Below are positions 1 to 12,868 of a DNA stretch of 64,000 nt, piece by piece. The first letter of the stretch is position 1. Each line of letters begins with the position of its first letter. A model generated the notes under the pieces. It was given only the letters and a program-made list of their open reading frames with translations, was not told where the DNA came from and did no database searches. The position numbers were made by a program, and so were the translations under genes. Source of the stretch: Octopus vulgaris (taxonomy: Eukaryota); assembly GCA_951406725.2 (NCBI GenBank), contig OX597826.1, forward strand, positions 41,230,001-41,294,000, in the 5' to 3' direction.

Positions 1-629
1 TTCATCCTGGATATATTAATTAGGACAAACTTAAGATGAAGATAAAATCGTTTACAACAATGGAGCAGGCCAATAGTCGTGAGTTAAATGCGAATCCAGA
101 GTGAGTTTCTCGGTGTATAAGCACAACGGTTTGGTTGAAGAGTAAAACAAAAATGTGTTGAATTTTTCACAGCCGACTATCAGCTTTGCTTTTTGCTCTT
201 TCCTTCAACGTTATTTTGGTTTAATATTAAAGAATCTGACTATGTAGAGACATTGGAATGCAGGTATTTTACACTAGACTTCTGACTTTGGCGAAAAAAC
301 ATTTTCTGTTTCACATTTTCTCCTCTTCCGAAATGAAATTCTAATATGCAATTAATCCTGTCATTATTTCAAAGGGAAGTATTTGCTCTGTAAATTCTGG
401 GTCATATTTCTTCTGATTTAGTTTTACTATTGAGAACTACAAATATAGGTACTTAACGTAGATATATATGTAGATGTATATGTGTGTATATATAGTTATA
501 TAATAAGAATAATAATGGAATTGAAAAAAAGACATTGTCAGAGTTGATTATAAAATCCGAAACCATGGAACTATTATACTTCTTTCATGTAAACCTGTTT
601 ATAAACAACTGATGCTTAAAATGTATCTT

Positions 630-674
<45 letters not shown>

Positions 675-740
675 TATATATATATATAATACACACACAC
701 ACATATATATATAATACACACACACACATATATATATAAT

Positions 741-784
<44 letters not shown>

Positions 785-856
785 TTATATATGTATGCAT
801 TATACACACACTCTAACACATTGTGTACGTCTATACGTATTTGAGTCTGTACGCCA

Positions 857-903
<47 letters not shown>
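630..903. repeat. Compound (TA)n/(CA)n microsatellite field
   Basis: Direct reading: alternating TA and CA/TG runs. Confidence 0.95.
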
Positions 904-1309
904 GCGAAAGATAGGTCAGTTTAGGTTTTCTTAAACGGAGATTATTTCATCTGTGCATTCTAAATTATTTCCATCTCAGATCTGTAACTTTTTCTTTAGG
1001 TTTATTTAATCATTTCACTGTCTTCAGATTCTGTATTCTTATACACATAGATGGCACCAACTCACATCCCTCCCTGCAGCCGCTCAGAATCCAACCTCAC
1101 CTACCCCCCTGCCTTTCCTACTACAGATATTGTAAACAAGATTTATGTCTATCTATCTATCTTCATTGTGATAGATCTGTATCTTTTGTCAATAATCAAT
1201 TTAGTTTCAACTCAAATAGGCGTGTGTTGTGGAACTGTTTTCCATTGTTAGCTGTTTGATGCGTTTTTGCATCTATTTTTCCTTGTCCATCTTGCCAAAG
1301 GTAGCAGAC

Positions 1310-1446
1310 ATATATGTTTGTGTGTGTTTCTGTATGTATGTATGTATGTGCTTATATATATATATATATATATATGTAATTATATTTGTGTGTTTGTGTA
1401 TGTATGTAAAAATTTGTGTATATATGTGCATGATAATAATATATAT

Positions 1447-1480
<34 letters not shown>

Positions 1481-1523
1481 CACGTATGACTACATATGCA
1501 TATAATATATGCACATAGTACAC

Positions 1524-1561
<38 letters not shown>

Positions 1562-1679
1562 GATGTATGTATATAGTTCTGTAGTTGTATGCAAATATCT
1601 ATCCATATATTTAAGCGTATATATATATATTTATGCATTAATATTTGTGTCCTTACATATTTTTGTATGGTATACACAC

Positions 1680-1730
<51 letters not shown>

Positions 1731-2075
1731 TACTTATTTCTGTATGTATCTATATATATATATCCATATATTTGTATGTATAAATGTCTGTTCTATATAT
1801 ATTTGTGTATGTATATAACACACACACGTGTGTTTGGAGCAAAAAAAAGAGTACTCAATAAGGTGTGTAGTTTTCACAACTGCTGTTAATAGCCGCTTAT
1901 GTCACCAACTTTTCATTACATGTGTGTGCGTGTGTATCTATTTATCTGTACACATACACAATGTATTGAAATGCTTTATGAACTTCATGTGATAATCTAC
2001 CATTTTCTGTATCGAGTGCTTCTTTAGTTCGTCATACAAACGTGTGTGTGTATATATATATATATATATAATACA
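1310..2075. repeat. Compound (TA)n/(TG)n/(TATG)n microsatellite field
   Basis: Direct reading; source of the many YIYI/CVCV ORFs here. Confidence 0.9.
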
Positions 2076-2878
2076 CACATTTGTGTGGTTTCTGTCTTCA
2101 ATATATTTGTGGCAATATACGAGTACAATAAATAATTGTTTACTGCTATTATTATTAGTATTATTATTGCAATACATTTGGCGATATTTGGTCTTCTTGT
2201 GAAAGAGTTAAACGAGGCAGGAAGAATCATCGTTGATTCTGTTATTAAAGCTAAGAAAGTGATGAAGAATATTGACTGTTTAATAGAAGACGACCATCGG
2301 AATGGTAGTTCTTTTTTTTTTTTTGTCTCTTCAACACCTGACATAGCGAACGCTTCTTCGGCACCTCACATCGAGACATGGAACTGTGTGGTGTGTATGT
2401 ATAACGTCTGCATACATCAATGACATTGTAGAGTAGCGAATGTTTAATGTCGGTGTAGATGACTCTACCTTTCCTCTCTGCAATTTTTTAATGTAACCTA
2501 AATAATCCTCTATGTCTAGCAAGAAATAAATACTTTGTTTTTATTTATTTACGACTTTATTTCGGTTTTGTTTGTCCCTCTTTGTCCTGGCACATTATTG
2601 TTTAAGACAAACATTTCACAAACTTTTCTTGAAGCCAAGAAATTAGTTTCACTTTTTAATCGACCTCATTTGATATTTACGTTATTTTAAAACAACCTTT
2701 TTGTTATTCCATTTCGTAAATCCCAAACAAAATATTGAAATAAAATTTCTATTTTCATTTGTTACCCTATATTTATCTATATTTGTTATTTATTTCTCCG
2801 TTTATTGTTTATAATTCTTTGATTATATTCACAACCTATATGTAGGATGTGTTTGATAGACCTAAATACTCGCCCCTT

Positions 2879-2879
<1 letters not shown>

Positions 2880-2920
<41 letters not shown>
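2880..2920. repeat. (TC)n microsatellite
   Basis: Direct reading. Confidence 0.9.
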
Positions 2921-2939
2921 TCCAAAGAACTGGTATAGC

Positions 2940-3420
2940 TGGATTGTAGTTTCAAATAAATAGTATAACTTCCATGCGACTACTTGTTAGGAATAACAGC
3001 CAAATCTCCCTCAAGTCACACCCTATTGTTTTAAAGGGACACTTCGTCCTATGTTATGATTAAAACAGAGATGATGATCGCGGCTTGAATACTTTTAATT
3101 ATAGGTCTACTCGGTTAGGGCAGAACTGGTATTAACTACAAGTGCTCTGTCCGAATCACCGAACTCTCCCTCGTCTCGACACATGTTTTTACACATTTTA
3201 CTGTTTCGAATACTTGGGCTCTGTATTAAGACGATGAGTTTTATTTATATAATACGATGTGAATAACAGCATCATTGACTAAGTTTTCTATAACTTGCGA
3301 ATCGGTTCCAATGTCCGCTTGTTGCCATTCCACTGGTAGAAGTGAAGGTAAGAACATGATTTCCTTAAATAAATCACAGCCCAGGTATTTATAAATCGAC
3401 TATTCGACCCCCGGTAAAGA
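2940..3420 (+). promoter_or_regulatory. Probable promoter / first-exon region of the PHRF1-like gene
   Basis: CpG dinucleotides look more frequent here than in the downstream introns (by eye), and a strong donor AAG|GTAAGA lies at 3347/3348. Inference only. Confidence 0.35.
3311..3347 (+). CDS. PHRF1: PHRF1-like putative exon 1 (MSACCHSTGRSE, phase-1 end); could instead be a 5' UTR exon / uORF
   Basis: ATG at 3311 and donor GTAAGA at 3348. Phase 1 fits acceptor ttttgcag|AT at 4338/4339, but the frame is then broken by the A14 run at 4361-4374. Confidence 0.45.
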
Positions 3421-4338
3421 TTAATTATAAAGAGATTATAGGATTTATTTTGCTTACTTTTTGTCACACCTTTAATTTCTTTAAATCTTTCTTTTTATTT
3501 ATAAGTTTCAAGTTTTATGTTGTGAATAATCTAGCAAAGTGAAATTTTGATATCAAATATAACTTTAATTGTAATTATCAATTTCTTTTGATGAGGTTCT
3601 GAATTCCAATGTTTTTGTTGAGAGAAGGATTTAATAAAATAAGTATTATAGTAATATGGTTTCTGATTTACTGATAGAATTTGAACTTGGAATTGTGATA
3701 TAGAAATTTATAATATAGCACAGTTTTTAATATTCTGTACACTTGGTCATCTCTAATGCCCTTACAGTTATTGCTTTCTGAGATGCAACCCCTATTTCGT
3801 TTATTGATTGTATTAAAGGAGTATATTTCTGGAACTTAATATATCAACTCTGGACTTGAGTAACGACAGTAGTGTGATCTAACGGGGTGGGGGTGAGACG
3901 TGAATTAGTATTGTGTTACTAACTTTAACCACCTCTCTCATTTCACTACTCTCTAATTTATTGACAGAGATGAATTGCTGATTTCTTAGACAATTACATG
4001 TTTAGAAATGATATATTGTTTTATTATTTACATCTACATTCCAGTTTAATTGATTTCACCAGTCTTCATCAGGTATCTTATTCTTGAATGTGTGTAAACA
4101 CTACCAGATTGAATTAGAAGTAAAAATTTATAGTTTGATTTCTGTTTCATAATCATATAACATCATCCAGGAGTAAAACGTTTGCTAGTGATTGATTGAT
4201 GAAGCTATTCCAAATGTAATAGGTGTTAATATTAAAATATTTTTGTTAATGAGAAGCGTAAATTGATAATTTTCCTCCTTGTTATTGCTGTTGGTTTTTG
4301 TTATGTATTGTTTCAACTGATGACACCATCTTTTGCAG

Positions 4339-4634
4339 ATGATTCTGTTTGGCCCAGATTAAAAAAAAAAAAAACGAAAAGATACCCAGCTTTTCTGGAA
4401 AGTTACTACATGAAGTGCTACTGGAAATGGAAGAAGAACGATTAAAGAGAGATGCACAAGGTAAAGCTTCTGCATTACTTTCTTGTTCTGGCAGTGAATC
4501 TGAAGGTGAAGAGGTGAAATCTCAATTCCATTGTAAAGGTGATGAAGTTATGATGGAGGAGAACCCTAATCCTGAAGATCTAGAAGAGGATGATGACTCA
4601 GATGATGATGAAGAAACTGATGATGAGGACGAAG
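4339..4634 (+). CDS. PHRF1: PHRF1-like exon 2 (acidic N-terminus; in-frame ATG at 4427, MEEERLKRDAQG...DDEDE)
   Basis: Acceptor ttttgcag, donor GAAG|GTAAAA phase 1 matching the next exon; D/E-rich reading frame. Confidence 0.75.
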
Positions 4635-4965
4635 GTAAAATAAATGGTTTTAATTTCTCTGAAAGCTTTCCTCTTTTCCTTGTTCTTTTTCCTTAATATT
4701 TCTCTGACAAAAATTTTTTTTCTTGGACAACACCAGTGCTGTCTTCTATTGTGCATTCCTTTCAAACTTAGTGCTCATAGGCCTCTACACTTGTTTGTTG
4801 TTAACTAAATAGTCATATTCAGGTGATGTACACGAGCCCAAAGTTATGTTAAGTCCTTTACACAACTGGTATTTTATCAATTCCAAAAGGATAAAGGCAA
4901 AGTAATACTGAGTGGGCTTTGAACACAGGAAATAAGGGGCTGTAATGCAGCGCAGCAAATATATA

Positions 4966-5366
4966 GACGCAGGAGTGGCTGTGTGGTAAGTAGCTTGTTT
5001 ACCAACCACATGGTTCTGGGTTCAGTCCCACTGCATGGCACCTTGGGCAAGTGTCTTCTACTATAGCCTCGGGCTGACCAAAGCCTTGTGAGTGGATTTG
5101 GTAGATGGAAACTGAAAGAAGCCTGTTGTATATATGTATATATATATATATATATGTATGTGTCTGTGTTTGTCCCCCTAGCATTGCTTGACAACCGATG
5201 CTGGTGTGTTTATGTCCCCGTTACTTAGCAGTTCGGCAAAAGAGACTGATAGAATAAGTACTGGGCTTACAAAAGAATAAGTCCTGGGGTTGAGTTGCTC
5301 AATTAAAGGCGGTGCTCCAGCATGGCCGCAGTCAAATGATTGAAACAAGTAAAAGAGTAAAGAGTA
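4966..5366 (+). mobile_element. tRNA-derived SINE, family A (full length, internal TA/TG microsatellite)
   Basis: A box TGGCTGTGTGG and B box GGTTCAGTCC; close copies at 24262, 42519 and 61150; tail ...CAGCATGGCCGCAGTCAAATGA.TGAAAC + GTAAAAGA repeats. Confidence 0.9.
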
Positions 5367-6654
5367 TATAGGATTATTTTGAGTCAAAGACAGCTCCTAA
5401 TAATCCATTAGGGGAAGCATTTACAGTGTTTTCATAGGAAGTAAAAGATTTCTTGTTGCTTTTCCTAAGTTTAAATTTATCATTGGACAGTATCAGAATT
5501 TCTATTATCATTATATAAGAATACATATATAATGTTGATTTACTTAATTTGTTAATTATATAGTTCTCCTTTGGTTATTGTAATGAGCTATGCAACTTAC
5601 TGATATGATAACTCTTTACAGACATCTCAGTGAATTGGATAGCAAGAGACTGGCAGTGTAACTGTTGGGTTATATATTGTCACTGGTACTGTGGACATCT
5701 GGCTCTCAGTAGCTGAGTATTTCTGTTTTTTGTATAGCCAGAGGTCAACTCGCTTCAAGCATATCTATGATCATAAAGCATTCCAGCTGTGACTATCCCA
5801 TTTTTTTCTCTATCCACTTTGTGTCTAGCATCACATTATCTAATGCATATCTCCTTTTGTAAGACAACAGGGTGTGAATCAAGGAAGATTGTGGCTATCT
5901 GTAGTAGATTGTGTGGTCACAAACAGATTCCTTTTTCATCTTAGCAAGTTCTAAATATGTTAAACAAACAATCCAAGTGGAAAGTGATTGTGGATGAGGA
6001 GTATTCTAAGACACAGCTCTTCTATCTTTCCTTCCTCTACTTTCAAATTTCCACCTGGCAACCATGCAGTTTATCATTTAGTTAAGCTGTGGGTTCTATT
6101 CAAGTAATGTGTTAAAGAGAATTCTTTAGATTTAAATAGTTTTATTACAGCACTCATCTATTTTGCTTGATTTTGTTGGTGATAGTTCAAAAATTTTAAG
6201 CAATATGTTTGTGAAGTCTGTTCCAAAGTTGGGAAGACAATTGTTTTGGTGCCAGTAGAACAGAGAAGCCAGTCACCTTAATCTTAGTCGGAGTGGGGCA
6301 ACAGGAAAGTGTTTTTTTTTTTGCTCAATTCAATAATAAAACATAATTTTGCCTAATATTATGAAATATAGTGTGTGGGGTAAGTTGCTTTAATGCAGGC
6401 ATATCCAAACCATTCTTCTGAAGGGTCCTGGTTTATACCATAATTTCACAAATGGCTTTCAACCTGGATTATTGGATTGTTTTGTAATTGACTGATTGCT
6501 TTTAAGAAAAGCATTTGGCTGTAGAAGTTTATGAATGTCTAAGTTATCTAAAAATTTTAGCAACACATTGCAAGAATGTGCCTCTTGTAAATATATTTTA
6601 TATAAACCTGTTCCTATGTTAACCATCATAAGCACAAATTCACACTCAAACATT

Positions 6655-6712
<58 letters not shown>

Positions 6713-6713
<1 letters not shown>

Positions 6714-6925
6714 CAGCGAGTTGGCAGAACCGTTAGCACGCCGGCCGAAATGCGTTGCAGTATTTCGTCTGCCGTTACGGTCTGAGTTCAAATTCCGCCG
6801 AGGTCGACTTTGCTTTTCATCTTTTCGAGGTCGATAAATTAAGTACCAGCTACGCACTGGGGTCGATGTAATCGACTTAATTCGTTTGTCTGTCCTTGTT
6901 TAGCCCCTTGTGGGTAATAAAGAAA
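6713..6925 (+). mobile_element. tRNA-derived SINE, family B (Meta-domain-like core)
   Basis: Head GAG.TGGCAGAA...GAGTTCAAATTC, core CTTTTCATC...GGTCGATAAATTAAGTACCAG; other copies at 51177, 52958 and 60270. Confidence 0.88.
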
Positions 6926-7599
6926 CATATATATACACACACTATTCACTCAGATGCTATAATTATATGAAAGTGAAACTGAACATATTTCACCCCTTTC
7001 CCCCGCCACCTTTTTGCACTCCTGCTTATTCTCCTTGGAGTCACTTTGTTTTTTGCATTCTGAATAAAATCCCATACCATCTTATTTTCTGCTGAATGCC
7101 CCTTTTACCTCCATTCTTCCCCTGTATACTTTCTCTTTCTGCCAATGGCAGCCTTCACTACTTATGTTTATCTCTTACTCATATCTCCCCACATGCTTCT
7201 GATCTTGTCCCTGGCAATGTGCATTTCTTGCACATCACCCACACTTCCCACCACCTGTGCCATCACCTGTCACTTCCTTTTTCAATCTTATTTTCTCCAC
7301 ATTTCCTCGTGAAACTGATATTCACCATTGACCTCACCACTGTCCCTATCTTGATCTAGCAGCTGCTATCTTTTGACACGCTTGCAATCTTGCCTGCCTA
7401 CTCACCCAGTCTAATCCTCTGAACCACCTTTGCTCACTTTCCTGTGACTGAGGCTACTCTCTGAAACCTCTTCACTATCTTCTTTCCTTTACCAGCAGGG
7501 TAGCCGTATACCTCTTCTTCTGAGACACCTGTTTCTGTCTCTGTATTTTACTTCTACTGCTCACTACTTGGCATATAGCCACCTCCAATCAATACTACA

Positions 7600-7800
7600 C
7601 CCACTTCAGTTGAGGGTTCTTGTCTTGCAAGTTACCTGGTGACTTCACCAGTGCCATGTAAAAGACATCCATTACACTGTAAAGTGGTTGGCATTGGGAA
7701 GGGCATCCAGCTGCAGACATTGGAGCTTGGCACAGTTTTATGGCTCATTGGTTCCTATCAATCCATACAGTCCATGCCAGCATGTGAAACATGAGTGATG
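7600..7800 (+). mobile_element. Old RTE-type 3' tail fragment
   Basis: GTGGTTGGCATTGGGAAGGGCATCCAGCTG motif shared with the RTE 3' ends in this window. Confidence 0.6.
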
Positions 7801-7905
7801 ATTGTGCATGTGTGTGTGTATTTAACGACTCTTACACAATTAAAAAAATATTGCTGTTGCAATCTTATTTTTTTTTTCATGGAATTTCAATTTGTTTTTT
7901 CATAG

Positions 7906-8099
7906 AAACTGATGACGACGACGATGATGTTACGAAAGGTGTTTGTGACAAAGTCAGCCTTTTAGAAGATGAATCTTCTGATCAAGGAGATGGTGATGAT
8001 TGTCCAATTTGTTTAAATCGGTTAAAATATCAAGATATTGGAACTCCAGAATCTTGCGATCACAGTTTTTGTTTAGATTGTATTCAACTTTGGGCCAGG
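7906..8099 (+). CDS. PHRF1: PHRF1-like exon 3, RING finger N-part (CPICLNRLKYQDIGTPESCDHSFCLDCIQLWAR)
   Basis: C3HC4 RING signature; catag| acceptor and AGG|GTGAGT donor. Confidence 0.95.
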
Positions 8100-8694
8100 G
8101 TGAGTTACTGGACAGCTTTATTTGATCCTCTCCAAATTCTGAATTTCTATCCGCTGTAATAGTGCTTTCTTCTTGTCTTTAGTCTATAAAAGAATATTTT
8201 CTTGAATAAATGTGTTGAAGAACAGTGGATCTTTTTTATGTAAGAAAATTGTTTCATAAATTGGTTTCTCTTTTCAGTTAAAACTGTTTTGCATCATTGA
8301 AATATGGTGCAAACATTTTTGTGAGAAAGGAATGTAACAGAATAGGACCTGTTACTATGATATAATCTGTAATATTCTCTTGTTGTACATAGGTGGGTGT
8401 TAAATATGGAATGAAACTGAATACGTAATTGAATGTTTCAACATAGCAAGCAAAACATTGTTATAAAAGTTATAAATAAAACATTTATAGAATATGTAAT
8501 TTCCATGAGTGTCGCTTGTTATAACCATATTGTGAAGTTTCAAAGTAGAAGAAACTCTGTTATTTAAATCAATATGTAGAAGAGGTGTTTTCACTGATTT
8601 GGACATGTGTAAATACATGATACTGGGTGAGGTAAGTGTTGTGTGTTTACTTGGAAGTTCCCTTGAAATAAGTATATATACATATATATATGCC

Positions 8695-9132
8695 CGTGCC
8701 TGACTGGCACCCATGCTGGTGATACATAAAAAATACCATTCAAGCGTTGCTGATGCCAGTGCCACCTGACTGGCTCCCATGCTGGTGCCACCATTTGAGC
8801 GTGGCTGATACCAGTGCTTCTTGACTGGCACCCATGCCGGTAGCATGTAAAAAGCACCATTTGAGCATGACCAATACCAGTACTGCCTGACTGGCACCTG
8901 TTCCGGTGGCATAGAAGAAGCACCGTTTGAGCATGGTCGATGCCAGTGCCGGTGGTGCATAAAAAGCATCCACTACACCCTTGGAGTGGTTGGTGCTAGG
9001 AAGGGCATCCATCTGTAGAAACCTTGCCAAATCAGATTGGAACCCGGTACAGCCTCCTGGCTTGCCAGTCCTCAGTCAAACTGTCCAATCCATGCCAACA
9101 TGGAAAGTGGACGTTAAATGATAATGATGATA
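8695..9132 (+). mobile_element. 5'-truncated RTE LINE 3' UTR with ~5 hairpin repeat units
   Basis: Repeated GCCAGT...ACTGGC...TAAAAAGCACC units, then the GGAAGGGCATCC motif and (GAT)n tail. Confidence 0.85.
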
Positions 9133-10517
9133 TGTAAGGGATGGGATAACTTGGTTCATCCATTGATGAACTGATGTGAATTACATGTCTCGGTGAACAT
9201 TAGCACCTTGAATATGCATTATGACCCTGGGATTCTGACTGGTCGAGTAGTGTACTCCAACCCATACCAGCATGGAACACATTAAATGATGATCACATAG
9301 ACACAAATTTAGTTGTACTACTTGGATACTTCTATTTCCATTTGGCATTTCTTCACTGTTTTTATATATATCCTGTCATTTAAGTGTATGTGGGTGTGAA
9401 TTAAAATAATAGCAGACAACCATCTGAGAGAACTACTATTCATTACCAGTATTCTGTTGCACTCCTTGGTCAACAAACATTAACTTTAAAATAATTGCCA
9501 AGTAGTTCATTTAGCTGTAGTTGTCCATGCTGAAAGTTAAGAACTAATCACTGTAAGTAGTGATATCACTATAAATTTGATGGCTTTGGTAGTTTGTACT
9601 ACTGAGTTGAATTCCTTTTGTGACTATTTCTTGGAGGCACTGTTTTTGCCAAGTTTAGCTGCTGTAGCTGCACTACATAAAGAAGTTACGCTTCACAGTG
9701 ATACCTTCATAACTCGATGGATTATGGGAGTCATCACCTTATCTTTGATAGTAACATTTAAATGCTATGTTTAACATATCCTGCTTCACTGTTCAAAGTA
9801 TGTCTCTGGTAAGACAACAACAAAGCCTTGGGATTGGTTTTAGAAGTTGAATAATTGAAGATTATAATACAAAGGGTTCTTAATTGTAAGCTTGGCTCCT
9901 TCATTAACACCAATCTTTGAGATAATGTTTTCTTAATGATTAATGTTGATGATAATTATATACAGTAACAATATATTCTATTAATCTGGTCAATGGCATT
10001 ATCATGTGTAACCTATTGTATTTTAACTTCTTTCTGTATTACATGTATATCTCATGAGAATGTTACTTTTAGAATGAGCAGTTTAAGACAACTATAGCTT
10101 TTGTTACAATTAATAATGTGCTAAAATTAAATATATACTTCTTCAAAAAGAATAATAGATTGTTTACTATTACTACTACAACTGTGACAACTAAAGGCAA
10201 TATATCATCCTACCCGCCAATCATATTTGTATACTTGTCCACTGTCCAGTTATCAGCTTTACTAAATAAATTTCATTGCTTTTGTGATAAAATATTGTTT
10301 CCAAGTTGAACTACATCTTCACATATTTGCATGTTATAAATTGTGTATAATTTTTTAAAATAAATAAGACAAAAAAAAAATTCATGCTGTATTTTTTTAA
10401 GGTTTAAATAATTTTTTTTACAAAATATGTTGCGTAAAATCTTTAATCTATTGCATTAACGAGAATTTTAAAGAACATTTTTGTGCCTTAATGATACCAA
10501 TTTTTGTTTTTCTTTAG

Positions 10518-10601
10518 AATGTCAATACTTGTCCTGTAGATCGACGAGAATTTGAATTAATCTTGGCTAGACATGCTGGTGAAGATGAGATTTTTAAAAA
10601 G
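10518..10601 (+). CDS. PHRF1: PHRF1-like exon 4, RING C-part (NVNTCPVDRREFELILARHAGEDEIFKK)
   Basis: tctttag| acceptor, |GTGTGT donor, phase 0-0; CPVDR ending is typical of PHRF1/SCAF11 RING fingers. Confidence 0.93.
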
Positions 10602-11505
10602 GTGTGTTACATTTTTTTTTTGAGAACAGTAAATATTGCATTCATTCTATATTTTATAGCCGATAACTATGTATTTTAGAATTAGTTTTGAATTAACACA
10701 ATTCTCAGGTTTCTTTTTGATTTGCTTTACTAATTAATACTGAGTTAGAGATTTAAATTTCTCAGTTTTATGATTATGGTGCCAATAAAAATTCTAGACT
10801 GTTTAAATGTATTTGTATTTTACAGTTTGGCTTAGTTCTTCTCTAAATTAAGGCTCATTGACAAGCACACTTGTCAATGAACCTTAATTCAGACTGATAT
10901 TTTGTATATTAGGATATAGTAAAGGTTGTTCTTGATATACTTTATTTCCTGAAGGTTCTTATTTGTTAACAGTATTAGAAGGTTCTTGCAAATTTGGAAA
11001 ATGGCATGCTGTACGAATTATTTTTATGATAGTAACTGCTCTTTTTTTGCAAATAACTTGAATTTAATGTAAGGGTGGAACCTGTTATATAAAAATAAGG
11101 GTATTAAGGATGTGTTTAGAATTATGTTGTGGTTTATCTCTTGCTTTATTATCAGTAACTCAGCTAATTTCAAAACTGAATTTTAGATTTTAATTTTCAC
11201 ATGTGAAGGTCAACTATAAGTACTTGTAGGAAACCTGTGGTTCAGTTTACATGGTTTCACATCCTGTAGTGCATGGAAGACGCTATGATGCCTACTTTTT
11301 TATGCATGATCAATGCACTTGATACATTATATGACTCTCCCTTCTCTCTTCTCACCTAGAAATGGCTTGTTCCTCAATTTAAATAATTGTGGTATTGTAA
11401 CCAATAAATGTTATTGAAAACTTGATTGTAATTTTCATAAAGTATTATCAGATTGCGATTAATATATTTAATCAATATTTTTGTTCAAATTTCTTGTCTA
11501 TTTAG

Positions 11506-11639
11506 ATTCCTGTGGCTGAAAAGAGTTTTGAGGCTGAAGAAGATGCAGGTGAAGCGGAAAATGATTTGACTTACTGTGAAGTTTGTGGCCAAAGTAACCG
11601 AGAAGATAGGCTTTTACTGTGTGATGGGTGTGATCTAGG
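11506..11639 (+). CDS. PHRF1: PHRF1-like exon 5, PHD finger N-part (TYCEVCGQSNREDRLLLCDGCDLG)
   Basis: PHD signature; tttag| acceptor, GG|GTATGT donor phase 2. Confidence 0.95.
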
Positions 11640-12776
11640 GTATGTTAATTATCAGTATTGTGTGATGGTGTGGATTATATTACCATTATATAGTTATTGC
11701 TAAAACTGATGGGTGTGGTGTAGGGTATGTTAATTATTGTTATATACAGGTAGGTCGCTAATATTATATGATGAGTGTGATAATAATCTTAATTTCAACA
11801 TTTCATAAATTTTTATTTATATTGAAATGGTAGATTGGTAGTATTGCTTGAACATCGAATAAAATACCTTGTGGTGTTTGGTTATGTCCAGTGGTGAGCT
11901 AGTCTCTGCATTCACACAAATCAATAATTAACATCTTTTTAAAAGTGAGAACCAGTTGTTAACTTATTGCTGGAAGGTGAAATGAGACTTACTCAGGAAA
12001 GTTAGGGTGTTAATCACACTACAAAATCTAGTCTATTTGCTGTACAAAATTGTCCATTTTAAAATCAAACTTGGAAGGTTTATAAGCATTATTTACTGTG
12101 ATGAAACTAAATGTACAAGTGTGTGTATGTGTATTTGGATACTTGTATGATTTGTTTGTGTGTGTGTTAGTGTGTTCCCACCTCACCTATTGTTTTTCCT
12201 CTATTTGTACTCATCCCCACAATATTTGAACATGTTATGTATGAGGGGCATATCAAAACTTTATCAATCTTCCAAACATTGGTATTTCTTTTCCCCAACA
12301 CTGACCATCACAATTTTCATTCGACTTGGGATTTTACCATTATTTTATTGTTGAAGGAGAGATAAATTGTCAAATTCTTCAAAATCTTTTATTCTGAATC
12401 CTTGGTTAACAGTTTTGTAACTCAGTCCAGCTGAATGAACTGATTGTTGAAACTTTAGCTGCTCACCACTGGTTATGCCTGTATGTTGAGAGGTCAACTG
12501 TGCTATTTCTCTTTTTGGGGTTGATAAAATGTCTGACTGAAATAAACAGTTGACTAACTGAAAGCCATGAAGAGGGCAGCAATCCAATAGCTGGAAAAGA
12601 GCAGGGTGGGGATTTTTTTTAGTATTTCATATAAGAATTTAGTTAGTAGCTAACACTTTTGAAAACAGCTTTTTTATCAATTGAAATTTTCAACTTTGAA
12701 AAATTATTTGCAAAAATTCTTTTTACTTTAAATGAAAAGCTTGTTTTTAAATTTGTTCTTTGAAAATCTTGAACAG

Positions 12777-12868
12777 ATTTCACTGTGAGTGCTTGGACCC
12801 ACCTCTTGATAGTGTTCCAGTTGAAGAGTGGTTCTGTCCAGATTGTGCTGAAGCTAACGATTCACATC
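12777..12868 (+). CDS. PHRF1: PHRF1-like exon 6, PHD finger C-part (FHCECLDPPLDSVPVEEWFCPDC)
   Basis: Completes the C4HC3 PHD; aacag| acceptor, C|GTAAGT donor. Confidence 0.95.

Noticed and set aside
616-1889. Several ORFs rich in YI/CV/HT
   Set aside because: Translations of (TA)n/(CA)n microsatellites.
2941-2953. ACTACA-type promoter motif (reverse GAAACTACAATCC)
   Set aside because: Only a partial match to the ACTACAnnTCCC element in AT-rich DNA; not enough to call.
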